This document shows, piece after piece, positions 19,523 through 28,829 of a DNA stretch of 55,154 nucleotides. The stretch comes from an uncultured archaeon. Its GTDB lineage: Archaea > Iainarchaeota > Iainarchaeia > Iainarchaeales > VGJJ01. The translations under genes and the position numbers were made by a program. The notes beneath the pieces are model-generated. The model ran no database searches and was not told the origin of the DNA. It saw nothing but the letters and a program-made list of their open reading frames with translations. Location of the stretch: assembly GCA_964363635.1 (NCBI GenBank), contig CAYIIU010000005.1:1-55154 (forward strand), read 5' to 3'. The stretch's first letter is position 1. Every line of letters begins with the position of its first letter.

Positions 19523-19651
19523 TTATTTGCTCTCTAATTCATCCAACTTTTGCTCAATAATGGAACGCATCGCATTCGGCCAGTTTACGTTTGGATGCAT
19601 TTTCATTTTATCTTTGACTCTTTTAGGAAAATAAAGATTTATTCGAGGCAT
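19523..19651 (-). CDS. Small 42-aa RHH antitoxin-like protein (absent from the ORF track)
   Basis: Translated by hand: MPRINLYFPKRVKDKMKMHPNVNWPNAMRSIIEQKLDELESK; resembles archaeal 'HPEINWS..R..I..KL' RHH antitoxins. Confidence 0.7.
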   Translation of the reverse strand: MPRINLYFPKRVKDKMKMHPNVNWPNAMRSIIEQKLDELESK

Positions 19652-19709
19652 CGATAATAGTTATTTACTGAAAATAAAAACGTTTGGAAGCCATTCCGCC
19701 ACAATGAAA

Positions 19710-20459
19710 TTAATGAAACAGCGTGCTTTTCATCGGAATACCATTTGCCCAATAGACACCGGTTTCTCCGGAGGGGAGAATATCATACGTATATTCTTCC
19801 GCATAGGGGATGAGTTCGGATGTTATTACCATTGAACCATCCATGATATCTCCCGCTTTCACTGTCTGCACCGCGTCTCCATTGGGAAGCGGATGCCGAG
19901 GTGAAACAAATAGCTCGCGACCATCTTCTAAGAGTAAGTGAACAACACGATGCGTGGATGGGACGCTTGTCTTCGTGGCGCGCAGAATAGTAGCCTCGAT
20001 TCTATTTCCCCCTTCATCCGCGGACCACACGCGCATTCCATACGACAATTCTTTCACGTTCACTAAACCATTCGGCGTGTCAATCATGGTTTTCCCGGAA
20101 AGGCAGATGGGACACTCAAATGGGGGCTGCTTTTCAGTATAGGTGAACTCTGCGGCATTTCCATTTATCTTTTTGAGTTCCATGAAAACATTGCACCCAT
20201 TCGAAGCGGTTTCTCCCACGTAGAGTGTAATGGGAAAACCTTGTTCAAATGAAACAGGATACTCGGGAAAATTAATCCCCTCCACGCGGTCAAAAAATAT
20301 TTTCTGCACCAACAGAGAACCATACCTTTCGCCGGGACTCAAAACGATTATCGTTTCATTTGGAATGGGAGCAGGAGGTGGGGTTGATGCAAAATAGACC
20401 ACGGCTGCGGCGGCCAGTACCAAAAGCATGATAACGAGGGGGGTGGGTTTCCAGTTCAT
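19710..20459 (-). CDS. Membrane-anchored protein with C-terminal Hint (Hedgehog/intein) domain
   Basis: TM N-terminus; CPI/CLSGKTMIDTPNG (block A), SPRHP (block B), TYDI..YWANGI (block F). Confidence 0.85.
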   Translation of the reverse strand: MNWKPTPLVIMLLVLAAAAVVYFASTPPPAPIPNETIIVLSPGERYGSLLVQKIFFDRVEGINFPEYPVSFEQGFPITLYVGETASNGCNVFMELKKINGNAAEFTYTEKQPPFECPICLSGKTMIDTPNGLVNVKELSYGMRVWSADEGGNRIEATILRATKTSVPSTHRVVHLLLEDGRELFVSPRHPLPNGDAVQTVKAGDIMDGSMVITSELIPYAEEYTYDILPSGETGVYWANGIPMKSTLFH

Positions 20460-20578
20460 ATCATTACAGTGTTTTTAGCGAATATAAAACCAATCAATTT
20501 CAAAGGGAAAAAACGAACAGAATTCCCGCGCTCCCGCCCGCACCCTTAATATATCCCCTCGCGCGTTCATGAACATGC

Positions 20579-21841
20579 ATGCATACGATTATTGTGGGTG
20601 CCCAGTACGGCGATGAAGGAAAAGGAAAAATTACAGACTTTTTAGACGGCGAGCATGATTTGGTGGTGCGTTTCGCAGGAGGAAACAACGCCGGACACAC
20701 GGTGATTGTGGATGGGAAACGGTACGCGTTTCACAATCTTCCCAGCGGACTCTCGCGACGCATACCCAGTGCCATTGGCGCCGGGTGCGTGATTGACCCA
20801 CCCACGATTGTAAAGGAATTGGGACAATTTCCCGGAGAAACTATTCCATTGAAAATAGACTTTCGCGCGCACATCATTCTACCCCATCATGTGGTGCAGG
20901 ATGTGGGTCAGGAAAAGAACAGCGGCGCGCAAAAAATAGGCACCACAGGAAGGGGAATTGGGCCGTGCTACTCAGATAGGTCGCTGCGCATTGGCATCCG
21001 TTTCGGCGATTTCATTGACGAAAAAATATTCAGAGAAAAATTGGAGGAATTCCACGAGAAAAAAATAGCAGGCAACCCAGCGCTGGAAGAGAGTGGAGCA
21101 TTAGACACGAGTGCCATTTTTCACGAATACAAAGCATATGCTGCCCAACTGGCGCAATATTCGGGGGATGTTTCACTCCTTGCACATGACGCTCAACGAG
21201 AGGGCAAAAGTATTTTGTTTGAGGGAGCGCAGGGGACATTTTTGGACAAAGACTTTGGAACATACCCCTATGTAACGAGTTCAAACACCATTGCTGCGAA
21301 TGCATTCATCGGAACGGGAATCGGGCCCTTGCCTCATTGTAAAATTTTGGGAGTGACGAAAGCCTATTCCACGCGCGTGGGGGCCGGGCCCTTTATTACC
21401 GAACTAAATGATTCCACGGGAGAAAAAATCAGGCAAGTGGGAAAAGAATTCGGCACCACAACAGGAAGACCGCGAAGATGCGGATGGATTGACTTGCCAC
21501 TCTTGCGCACCGCGATTCGCCTGAATGGAATCACGGAATTAGCCATTACCAAATTAGACGTGCTCAATGACATTTCCCCCGTGCGCGTTTGTACGCAGTA
21601 CGAGTACATGGGACAAACGCTCACGGATGCCCCCACCACGCTCAACGAATTGAATGCGTGCACGCCCATCTACCGGGACTTTCCCACGTTTAACGTCGAT
21701 TCGAATGTGCAGCAGTTTGCTCAGCTTCCTGAAAATGCTCAAGGATTATTAAAATTCATCGAACGCGAAACACGCACGCCCATCACCATTATCTCCGTGG
21801 GGCCGGAACGAAACCAAACAATCGTGCGGAAAAAAGAATGA
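20579..21841 (+). CDS. purA: Adenylosuccinate synthetase (long, bacterial-type)
   Basis: QYGDEGKGK, GGNNAGHT, IGTTGRGIGP, EGAQG, GTTTGRPRRCGW. Confidence 0.96.
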   Translation: MHTIIVGAQYGDEGKGKITDFLDGEHDLVVRFAGGNNAGHTVIVDGKRYAFHNLPSGLSRRIPSAIGAGCVIDPPTIVKELGQFPGETIPLKIDFRAHIILPHHVVQDVGQEKNSGAQKIGTTGRGIGPCYSDRSLRIGIRFGDFIDEKIFREKLEEFHEKKIAGNPALEESGALDTSAIFHEYKAYAAQLAQYSGDVSLLAHDAQREGKSILFEGAQGTFLDKDFGTYPYVTSSNTIAANAFIGTGIGPLPHCKILGVTKAYSTRVGAGPFITELNDSTGEKIRQVGKEFGTTTGRPRRCGWIDLPLLRTAIRLNGITELAITKLDVLNDISPVRVCTQYEYMGQTLTDAPTTLNELNACTPIYRDFPTFNVDSNVQQFAQLPENAQGLLKFIERETRTPITIISVGPERNQTIVRKKE

Positions 21842-21861
21842 AAGAAAAAAAAATCAATTTT

Positions 21862-22341
21862 CTATATAGCTAAATCCAACAAGCTCTTTTTCCATTCGTC
21901 TGAAAGCGTGAGCTGGTTAGCTTTTCCGTGCGAGGAAATGTGAATAATTTTCCGCTCGTGCAACTTTGCAACGATTCGATGAGCTTTCAAACGGGTCATG
22001 CCGGGAAGCATAGAAAGATTGGACTGGTACGAAACGCCATTGTTTTTGACGAGAAACAAGACGCATTCTTTTTCTAAGGGATTCAGAAACGAAAGCAAAA
22101 GGGCAGACTGGTTTTGCACCGTCTGTTGCGAGGCCTGCAACTCTTGCGAGAGAAGGTAAAAACTGGCCATTCCGATGCCAATGCCTAAGAGGCCGATGAG
22201 AATCATGGCTTCGAAATGAAATTGGACAAATAAACCCACCAGCCCATTTTGAGAGGGGGCAAAATAGGAAATGGTGGTGAGCGTGAGAACGCCTAAGAAG
22301 AGCGCCGCGAAAACGAGCCAAATACCCATGCGCTTTCGCAT
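21862..22341 (-). CDS. Membrane-anchored winged-HTH transcriptional regulator
   Basis: Two TM helices, then L...EK..V..L....G...Q..L...MTRLKAHRIV..L..R.II; start uncertain (22341 or 22329). Confidence 0.75.
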   Translation of the reverse strand: MRKRMGIWLVFAALFLGVLTLTTISYFAPSQNGLVGLFVQFHFEAMILIGLLGIGIGMASFYLLSQELQASQQTVQNQSALLLSFLNPLEKECVLFLVKNNGVSYQSNLSMLPGMTRLKAHRIVAKLHERKIIHISSHGKANQLTLSDEWKKSLLDLAI

Positions 22342-22364
22342 CGAAACCGAAAATAATAGGGTTC

Positions 22365-22423
22365 GTTTCATGAAATGAAACAATGTTACAACAGTTTATA
22401 TATATTGTTTCAACCCATGAAAC
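22365..22423. promoter_or_regulatory. Two GTTTCA-N5-TGAAAC palindromic operators flanking a TATA box (TTTATATA, 22395-22402)
   Basis: Identical half-sites and spacing at 22365-81 and 22407-23, between the regulator and the copper operon. Confidence 0.75.
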
Positions 22424-22436
22424 ATATGGTGAGACC

Positions 22437-22865
22437 ATGAACAACCTGATTATTGTAGGAATAATGACCGTTTTAGTGGTGGCAGGATTTGCCATGATTG
22501 CAGGGGCGTCCAAGACCGCGACGGCAAATGGAATTAATTCGGGAAAAGGAGCCCTCGCGAATGGAACAGGACAACTCCCCCCTATAGTAGATGGGAAGCA
22601 GGATATCTATCTCAAAGCCACGCAATATGGCACATACTCTCCGGGCACGTTAAAAGTGAAGAAAGGAATTCCCGTGCGCATCCATTTCTCCGCTGACTTT
22701 GGAGCGGGATGTGGACACGCCATTATTATCCCTGAATACAATATTCGGACGAATGCCCCGGGAGAAGGAGAAACACTCCTCGAATTCACTCCGCTCAACG
22801 TGGGAACGTTTCCCTTTCATTGCAGTATGAAAATGTTCAACGGCACGATTGAGGTGGTCGCATGA
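22437..22865 (+). CDS. Cupredoxin-domain membrane protein
   Basis: TM anchor; YSP..LKVKKGIPV, GCG, FHCSMKM; GGTGA RBS. Confidence 0.85.
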   Translation: MNNLIIVGIMTVLVVAGFAMIAGASKTATANGINSGKGALANGTGQLPPIVDGKQDIYLKATQYGTYSPGTLKVKKGIPVRIHFSADFGAGCGHAIIIPEYNIRTNAPGEGETLLEFTPLNVGTFPFHCSMKMFNGTIEVVA

Positions 22866-23059
22866 AGAAAACGCTCAAAATCAAAGGAATGCATTGCCCG
22901 AGTTGTGAAATACTCTTGAAAGAAGCTATTGAAGAAGCCGGAACGAAAGTTGTTTCCGCCAACCACACGAAAGGAGAAATAGTGGTTGATTTGAAAAAAG
23001 ACGTAGAAATGACGGCCGTGAAAAAAGCTATTGAAATAGAAGGATACACAATGGTGTAA
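22862..23059 (+). CDS. copZ: CopZ-like heavy-metal chaperone
   Basis: GMHCPSC and C-terminal AIEIEGY. Confidence 0.88.
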   Translation: MKKTLKIKGMHCPSCEILLKEAIEEAGTKVVSANHTKGEIVVDLKKDVEMTAVKKAIEIEGYTMV

Positions 23060-23089
23060 CGCTAGCAAAAAAAAGGAGAATGATTATTG

Positions 23090-24013
23090 ATGACACACAC
23101 GATACAATTACCCATTCGAAATGTTTCCTGCGAAGCCTGCGAAAAAGTGATTGGACGCATCCTCGGAAAATTTTCTCATGCGAAAGTGGAATCTATTTCT
23201 CCCGACGCGAAAACACTTACCATTACCTGCGAAGAGAGCGATATTGACGCGATTAAGGAAAAACTCACCACGTACGATTATCTCGATTCCACGAAAGATG
23301 ACCAAGATTTTTTTTCATACGTAACATCGCGCATCATCTCCAATGCACCGGGTTACGAAGCAGAGCACGATTTGCTCACCCACACGCTTGGATTAGTGAG
23401 CGTTTTGTTTGCGGTGATGGGACTCGCCTACATGGTGTGGTTCAGCCAAGATGCACTCTTCGCACGCATGCTGCCCATTTTAGCATTGGTTCCATTTGGC
23501 ATTGCGGTGAACGCCGGTTCCCTCGTTCACGTCCGCCACGTGCGGCAGCATTTCAATTGTTCGAGTGGAATGATGGCGGGAATGATTATTGGCATGATAT
23601 CCGGCTTCATGAGCGGGGCCATTTTGGGAGCGACTAATGGAATGTTCATTGGAAGCGTGGGGGGAATGGCTATCGGAATGAGCGCCTCTGCCTACGCCGT
23701 GCGCAAGGCAGGAATCATGGGCGTGCTCGAAGGACTCATGGCCGGACTCATGGCGGGAACGATGGGAGCCATGTTGAGCGTCATGATGCTCGCCGATAAT
23801 TTGGTGGCGTTTTTGTATATTTTATTCGGCGTGTGCACCCTCATTCTGGGGGGAATGAGCTACTTCGTATTCAAGGAAGTGGGGCCCATTCAAGATGAAC
23901 AAAATAAAGTGGATTTTATTCCTTTGGCGATGATGAGTATTTTGTTTCTGCTTATCTTCCTCGCCCTCATGTTATGGGGACCTAAATCCGCACTCGTGGG
24001 GGGATTCATATGA
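23090..24013 (+). CDS. HMA-domain plus Met/Gly-rich multi-TM membrane protein
   Basis: N-terminal SCEAC; helices such as [18 protein letters not shown] and [15 protein letters not shown]. Confidence 0.75.
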   Translation: MTHTIQLPIRNVSCEACEKVIGRILGKFSHAKVESISPDAKTLTITCEESDIDAIKEKLTTYDYLDSTKDDQDFFSYVTSRIISNAPGYEAEHDLLTHTLGLVSVLFAVMGLAYMVWFSQDALFARMLPILALVPFGIAVNAGSLVHVRHVRQHFNCSSGMMAGMIIGMISGFMSGAILGATNGMFIGSVGGMAIGMSASAYAVRKAGIMGVLEGLMAGLMAGTMGAMLSVMMLADNLVAFLYILFGVCTLILGGMSYFVFKEVGPIQDEQNKVDFIPLAMMSILFLLIFLALMLWGPKSALVGGFI

Positions 24014-26193
24014 AGAAACTCGAACTTGCAATAGACGGAATGCACTGCGCCAGCTGTGCTATTTTGATTACCAAATCGCTTGAAAAAGTTCCCGGAGTAA
24101 AAGTGGCGAACGTAAACTACGGAACGCAAAAAGCCCGCGTAGAGTACGATGAAAAAGAAGCCACGGAAGATGATTTCATTGGCGCCGTGAAAAAACGCGG
24201 GTATACGGCGAGCAAGGATGTTTCGACTCAACGCGAACAGGAGATTCGCGCCAAAGAAATTGGAGAATTGAAACAACAGCTAATTTTGGGAGCATTGCTC
24301 TCGTTTCCCGCGCTCATCATTGGAATGTTTTGGATGGAATTCCCCTACCGCGAATGGGTGCTTTTCGCACTCGCAACGCCGGTGCAATTCTACGTGGGAA
24401 GACACTTTTACATGGGTGCGTGGACGGCGTTACAAAACAAAACCGCGAGCATGGACACACTCATCGCATTAGGAACAAGTGCGGCGTACTTTTACAGCAT
24501 TGCCACCCTCATGGGTTTTGGTGAAGAGCAATATTTTGAAGTGGGAGCGGTGCTCATCACATTAGTCATTTTTGGAAAATACCTTGAAGCATTGGCCAAA
24601 CGGAAAACAAGTGAGGCGATTCGCAAGCTCATGGACCTCTCTCCCAAAATGGCCCGCGTGTTGCGAGGCAAAAAAGAAGTGGAGATTCCCGTGTCGCAAG
24701 TCATTTTGAACGATTTAATTGTGGTTCGCCCCGGCGAGCGCGTGCCGGTGGATGGTGTCATTACAGACGGGCAGACGAGTTTGGATGAAAGCATGATTAC
24801 GGGAGAAAGTATTCCCGCGGAAAAAAAGAAAGGAGACACGGTTATTGGAGGAACCATCAATTTGAACGGGAGTATCACGTTCAAAGCCACGGGAATTGGA
24901 AAAAACACCGTGCTCGCACGCATTGTGCAATTGGTGGAGGATGCGCAGGGAGGAAAGGCCGACATTCAACGCTTCGCGGACCAAATCTCATCCGTGTTTG
25001 TGCCGGTGGTGATTGTCATCGCGCTGGTTACATTTGTGGGGTGGCTCACGTTCGGACAAGCCACGCTGGCATTTGCCCTTGTTACAAGTGTTTCCGTTCT
25101 TGTCATAGCGTGCCCGTGCGCCCTCGGGCTAGCCACTCCCACTGCAATTATGGTGGGCACTGGAGTGGGAGCGGAGAAAGGAATTTTGATTAAGGGCGCG
25201 GAAGCGTTGGAAACGATGCACGCGATTGACACGATTGTGTTTGACAAGACGGGAACGATTACGCAAGGAAAACCTGAAGTTACGAACGTTTGGATTGCGC
25301 CCAAATTGAACGAGAAAGACACGTTTGCATTGCTGCGCGGACTCGAAGAAAAATCAGAACACCCGCTGGCGCAGGCGATTGTACAATTTATTCAAACGAA
25401 GAAAATTCCCCCCGCTAAAATAGATTCGTTCAAAGCGCTTTTTGGAAAAGGTGTCGTGGGACGAAAAAAAGGAGTGGAATACAAACTAGGAAACATCCGG
25501 TGGATGGAAGAACAAAAAATCTCCTTGCGCGAACACGAGGAAACGATTGAAGAATGGGAGAATGATGGAAAAACAGTTGTCGTGTTAACGAGCGGACGAA
25601 AAGTGCTGGCCATTTTGGGCATCGCGGACGTGCTGAAAGAAAGTGCGCGCGCCACGATTGCGGAATTAAAACACATGAACAAAGAAATTTGGATGATTAC
25701 GGGAGATAATGAACGCACCGCGCGCGCCATTGCCGCGCAAGCAGGAATCGTTCACGTCTTTGCGCACGTGCTTCCGGAGGAGAAAGCCAATAATGTGAAA
25801 AAGCTTCAAGCCAAAGGAAAAAAGGTCGCGTTTGTGGGGGATGGAATCAATGACGCTCCGGCATTGGCGCAAGCGGACTTGGGAATTGCCATGGGTTCAG
25901 GCACGGACATCGCCATTGAGGCAGGGGATATTGTGCTCATGAAAGGAAACCCGTATGATGTGGTGAACGCCCTCCTTTTGGGAAAAGCCACGATGGGAAA
26001 GATTAAGCAGGGAATGTTTTGGGCCCTCATTTACAATATTATTGGAATTCCCATCGCTGCGGGAGTGTTGTACGCGTACACGGGATGGCTGCTTTCCCCC
26101 ATTCTTGCAGGAGGGGCGATGGCCCTTTCGAGCGTTTCGGTGGTGACCAACGCCCTTTTATTGCGCGGAATCAAATTCAAGAAAGAAAAGTAA
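24010..26193 (+). CDS. copA: Cu(I)-exporting P1B-1 ATPase
   Basis: [34 protein letters not shown] and MALSS. Confidence 0.95.
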   Translation: MKKLELAIDGMHCASCAILITKSLEKVPGVKVANVNYGTQKARVEYDEKEATEDDFIGAVKKRGYTASKDVSTQREQEIRAKEIGELKQQLILGALLSFPALIIGMFWMEFPYREWVLFALATPVQFYVGRHFYMGAWTALQNKTASMDTLIALGTSAAYFYSIATLMGFGEEQYFEVGAVLITLVIFGKYLEALAKRKTSEAIRKLMDLSPKMARVLRGKKEVEIPVSQVILNDLIVVRPGERVPVDGVITDGQTSLDESMITGESIPAEKKKGDTVIGGTINLNGSITFKATGIGKNTVLARIVQLVEDAQGGKADIQRFADQISSVFVPVVIVIALVTFVGWLTFGQATLAFALVTSVSVLVIACPCALGLATPTAIMVGTGVGAEKGILIKGAEALETMHAIDTIVFDKTGTITQGKPEVTNVWIAPKLNEKDTFALLRGLEEKSEHPLAQAIVQFIQTKKIPPAKIDSFKALFGKGVVGRKKGVEYKLGNIRWMEEQKISLREHEETIEEWENDGKTVVVLTSGRKVLAILGIADVLKESARATIAELKHMNKEIWMITGDNERTARAIAAQAGIVHVFAHVLPEEKANNVKKLQAKGKKVAFVGDGINDAPALAQADLGIAMGSGTDIAIEAGDIVLMKGNPYDVVNALLLGKATMGKIKQGMFWALIYNIIGIPIAAGVLYAYTGWLLSPILAGGAMALSSVSVVTNALLLRGIKFKKEK

Positions 26194-26240
26194 TGATAAA
26201 TTCAATTAAAAAAAATACAATGCAAAAAGGAGGAGAAAAA

Positions 26241-26495
26241 ATGAAAAATGGAAAAGGAAACGAGTTGAACGTCAAAGCATTCGCTCTCGCGGGTGCCGTT
26301 TTAGGATTTATTTCAGCATTTTTCATGCCGAGCATGATGACATATGGTTCGGGCATGATGGGATTCAATGGAACAGGTTACGCATGGATGATGGGCGGAG
26401 GAATTGGACTCGGAGTCTGGATGGCGCTCTGTTTAGGAATCGCTGCTGGATTATTTGCATGGGTGCACAACTGGTTCATCGAAAAATTGAATTAA
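26241..26495 (+). CDS. Small Met/Gly-rich membrane protein (last gene of the copper operon)
   Basis: AGGAG RBS before ATG 26241; two TM segments around MMTYGSGMMG..WMMGG. Confidence 0.7.
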   Translation: MKNGKGNELNVKAFALAGAVLGFISAFFMPSMMTYGSGMMGFNGTGYAWMMGGGIGLGVWMALCLGIAAGLFAWVHNWFIEKLN

Positions 26496-26506
26496 TTAAA
26501 ATAATA

Positions 26507-26547
26507 AAACGCGGATAAAAAGAGCACTTGTTCGCGTTTAATTTTTT
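26507..26547. terminator. Hairpin plus T tract between the copper operon and dcm
   Basis: AAACGCGGATAA...TTGTTCGCGTTT followed by TTTTTT. Confidence 0.55.
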
Positions 26548-26566
26548 AAAAATTACCAAAAAAAGA

Positions 26567-27583
26567 TTACTGTTGAACAACGGCTAATTTCTGCTGAATA
26601 GAATACGGTTCTTTTCTCTTCGGCTTCTCTTTAAGCGTTTTTATCACCTGTTTGGCAAGAATTTTTATGACAGGAACTGCAACAGCGTTGCCAAACTGCT
26701 TGTATGCTTGGGTGTTTGAAACGAGTATCTTGAAATCGTCAGGAAATCCCTGCAATCGGGCGCATTCTCTCGGGGTAAGCATTCTTGGATTTTTTCCTTT
26801 TTGGGGGACAAGTATTTCACTCCCGTCCTTATAATATCTGGCTGAAAGCGTTCGTGTGTAGCTGTTCAAATCAGCAAGCCCGTAGCCAAACCCATTTCCT
26901 TTTGCTTTATGCTTTGCCGCATATTTTTGCAGATAATCCCATAAGTGGTCTGTCAGAGAATGTTTTTCGGAAACATTTTTTTCAAGAATGTCTTTTATTT
27001 TTGGATTATTATCGGGAATTTCTGGAAATTCAAAATCAATTGTCCTGTCCCTGAATCCGACCATGTAAATTCTTTCCCTGTTCTGCGGAACCAGCGATTT
27101 TGCATTGATGACTTTGTGATAAAAAGAATATCCAAGTTCTTCCAGAGCGCCTTTGACTATTTCGAAAGTTTTACCATTGTCATGCCTCTCAAGATTCTTT
27201 ACGTTTTCAAGGAAAAAAGCATCTGGCTTTTTGTCTTTAATAATTCGTACAATTTCATAAAATAGCGTTCCCTGCGTTTCATCCTGAAAACCGTGCGGCC
27301 TATTAAGACTTTTTTTCTTCGAGATTCCTGCGATGGAGAAAGGTTGGCATGGGAAACCGCCGCATAAAATATTGAAATAGGGGATATCCTCCGATTTTAC
27401 CCCCCTTATGTCTCCAAGATGAAAATTATCCGGCCCAAAATTTTCAGAATACGTAATCGCGCTGTACTTATTGTAGTCGTTTGACCAAACGCATTCTGCT
27501 CCAGCTGCATCAAATCCGAGCCTTATGCCGCCTATTCCGCAAAATAGGTCGATTGTTTTAATTTCATTTTTCATACGTTTCAT
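26567..27583 (-). CDS. dcm: DNA (cytosine-5) methyltransferase, Dcm/EcoRII-like, orphan
   Basis: FCGIGG, GFPCQPFS, ENV, QNRER, TRD YAAKHKAKGNGFGYGL..RTLSARYYKDGSEIL, YKQFGNAV; start 27583 or 27574. Confidence 0.9.
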   Translation of the reverse strand: MKRMKNEIKTIDLFCGIGGIRLGFDAAGAECVWSNDYNKYSAITYSENFGPDNFHLGDIRGVKSEDIPYFNILCGGFPCQPFSIAGISKKKSLNRPHGFQDETQGTLFYEIVRIIKDKKPDAFFLENVKNLERHDNGKTFEIVKGALEELGYSFYHKVINAKSLVPQNRERIYMVGFRDRTIDFEFPEIPDNNPKIKDILEKNVSEKHSLTDHLWDYLQKYAAKHKAKGNGFGYGLADLNSYTRTLSARYYKDGSEILVPQKGKNPRMLTPRECARLQGFPDDFKILVSNTQAYKQFGNAVAVPVIKILAKQVIKTLKEKPKRKEPYSIQQKLAVVQQ

Positions 27584-27730
27584 AAGAATTTTTTCTCCAG
27601 TTCCTGACTGAATTGTTTTGCAATATGTTTCTCCCTTTAAAACCATCCCGAAGCGCATCGCCAATGTAAGCAACTGTGGCAAATTTGCCAAATTTAAAAT
27701 AGTGACACTACCGCGTGGAAAATAAGCCAA

Positions 27731-28369
27731 TCATTTCAAATCCTTCAAAAACCGCGCGAGTTGTGCTTGGCCTTTGATGGTGACGGCTTTCCAGCCGTGC
27801 AACGATGCGGAGAGGGTGTTCATCCACATGTCGTCGCAGAAGACGATGTGGTCTTTTCGCGTGCGCATGCGCTTCTCCAATGCGGTGAAAGCACTCGAAA
27901 AAGGCTTCATCAAACCCGTTTCGCACGACAAATTGACTTGGTCGAATAAAGCAAAGTGTTTTTTCCCCCGGTGAAACGACGCTTGAGCCGTGTTCATGTC
28001 CGAAAGCACGGCAAGCTTCCAACCGGCTTTTTTCAATCGTGAAAGTTCGCGCAACTCGGTGTGAGAGAGCAATCCCCGCGATGCGTACAAGCGCATGATA
28101 GTACGGTTGAACACGGCGTCCGAAATTTTTTGCTGAAAAACATGCTCATAAAATTTTTTAGCCGACATTTTTCCCAGTTGAGCGTCGCGAAGGTTGAGAA
28201 ACCAGCGCCAATAAATCGTCCACTTGGACATGTGCAGTTCTTTAGCCAGTTTGGAAAGAATCCACCGCTCGGAATTAGGGACGAGAACGCCGTGAACGTC
28301 CAACACGAGCCAAAAAGGGTCATCGCGTTGGGTTGATTTTGCACTATTCTTTTTCGCTTTCACTGCCAT
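27731..28369 (-). CDS. HAD-superfamily hydrolase
   Basis: LDVHGVL, LSD, SCETGLMKP, FCDD. Confidence 0.85.
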   Translation of the reverse strand: MAVKAKKNSAKSTQRDDPFWLVLDVHGVLVPNSERWILSKLAKELHMSKWTIYWRWFLNLRDAQLGKMSAKKFYEHVFQQKISDAVFNRTIMRLYASRGLLSHTELRELSRLKKAGWKLAVLSDMNTAQASFHRGKKHFALFDQVNLSCETGLMKPFSSAFTALEKRMRTRKDHIVFCDDMWMNTLSASLHGWKAVTIKGQAQLARFLKDLK

Positions 28370-28829
28370 GAGATGAACCGGGAAGATTGGGGATTAAATG
28401 CTTTACTCTCAACTCGCCGGAAGCGATAATCTTTCCATTCAAACTCACGGCGACCCAACCATCGGACAAGACATGCTCCGGTCGGGCATTTTCGATGGTG
28501 ACGTGCGTGCGCCCGAACAAGGACATGAGTTTGGTTTCAGGAAGCTCGATTATATTTTGCCGGATATGCTCGCCGAACAACGTAATAAAGTTGGATGTGG
28601 GGGCAAATGTTTTCCCATTGGAGAAGACTTGCAAGCCTAGCGAGAAAATGTTGAGTCCCGATGCGGCATTGGAGGCGAGGGGAACCCACGAGGAATCGAC
28701 CACAAACACGTTTTCCTTATGTTGAATCCAAGACCATTTTTTCATGGTGGAGAGGGAGATGCCATACCTTGATGTCAAATAATCCGTGTAGCGCTTCGCC
28801 TGCACGGGAGTGCAAAAAGGGATTTTCAT
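28344..28829 (-). CDS. Nip7/RsmF C-terminal PUA-like protein
   Basis: Coupled to the m5C methyltransferase; PUA-like GWVAV...IIASG...IPNLP. Confidence 0.5.
   Translation of the reverse strand: MKIPFCTPVQAKRYTDYLTSRYGISLSTMKKWSWIQHKENVFVVDSSWVPLASNAASGLNIFSLGLQVFSNGKTFAPTSNFITLFGEHIRQNIIELPETKLMSLFGRTHVTIENARPEHVLSDGWVAVSLNGKIIASGELRVKHLIPNLPGSSHGSESEKE

Noticed and set aside
27580-27635. Possible remnant of a gene coupled upstream of dcm (EKHIAKQFSQELEKKFL-stop, ATGA overlap)
   Set aside because: Only about 17 codons with no start and no identifiable family.
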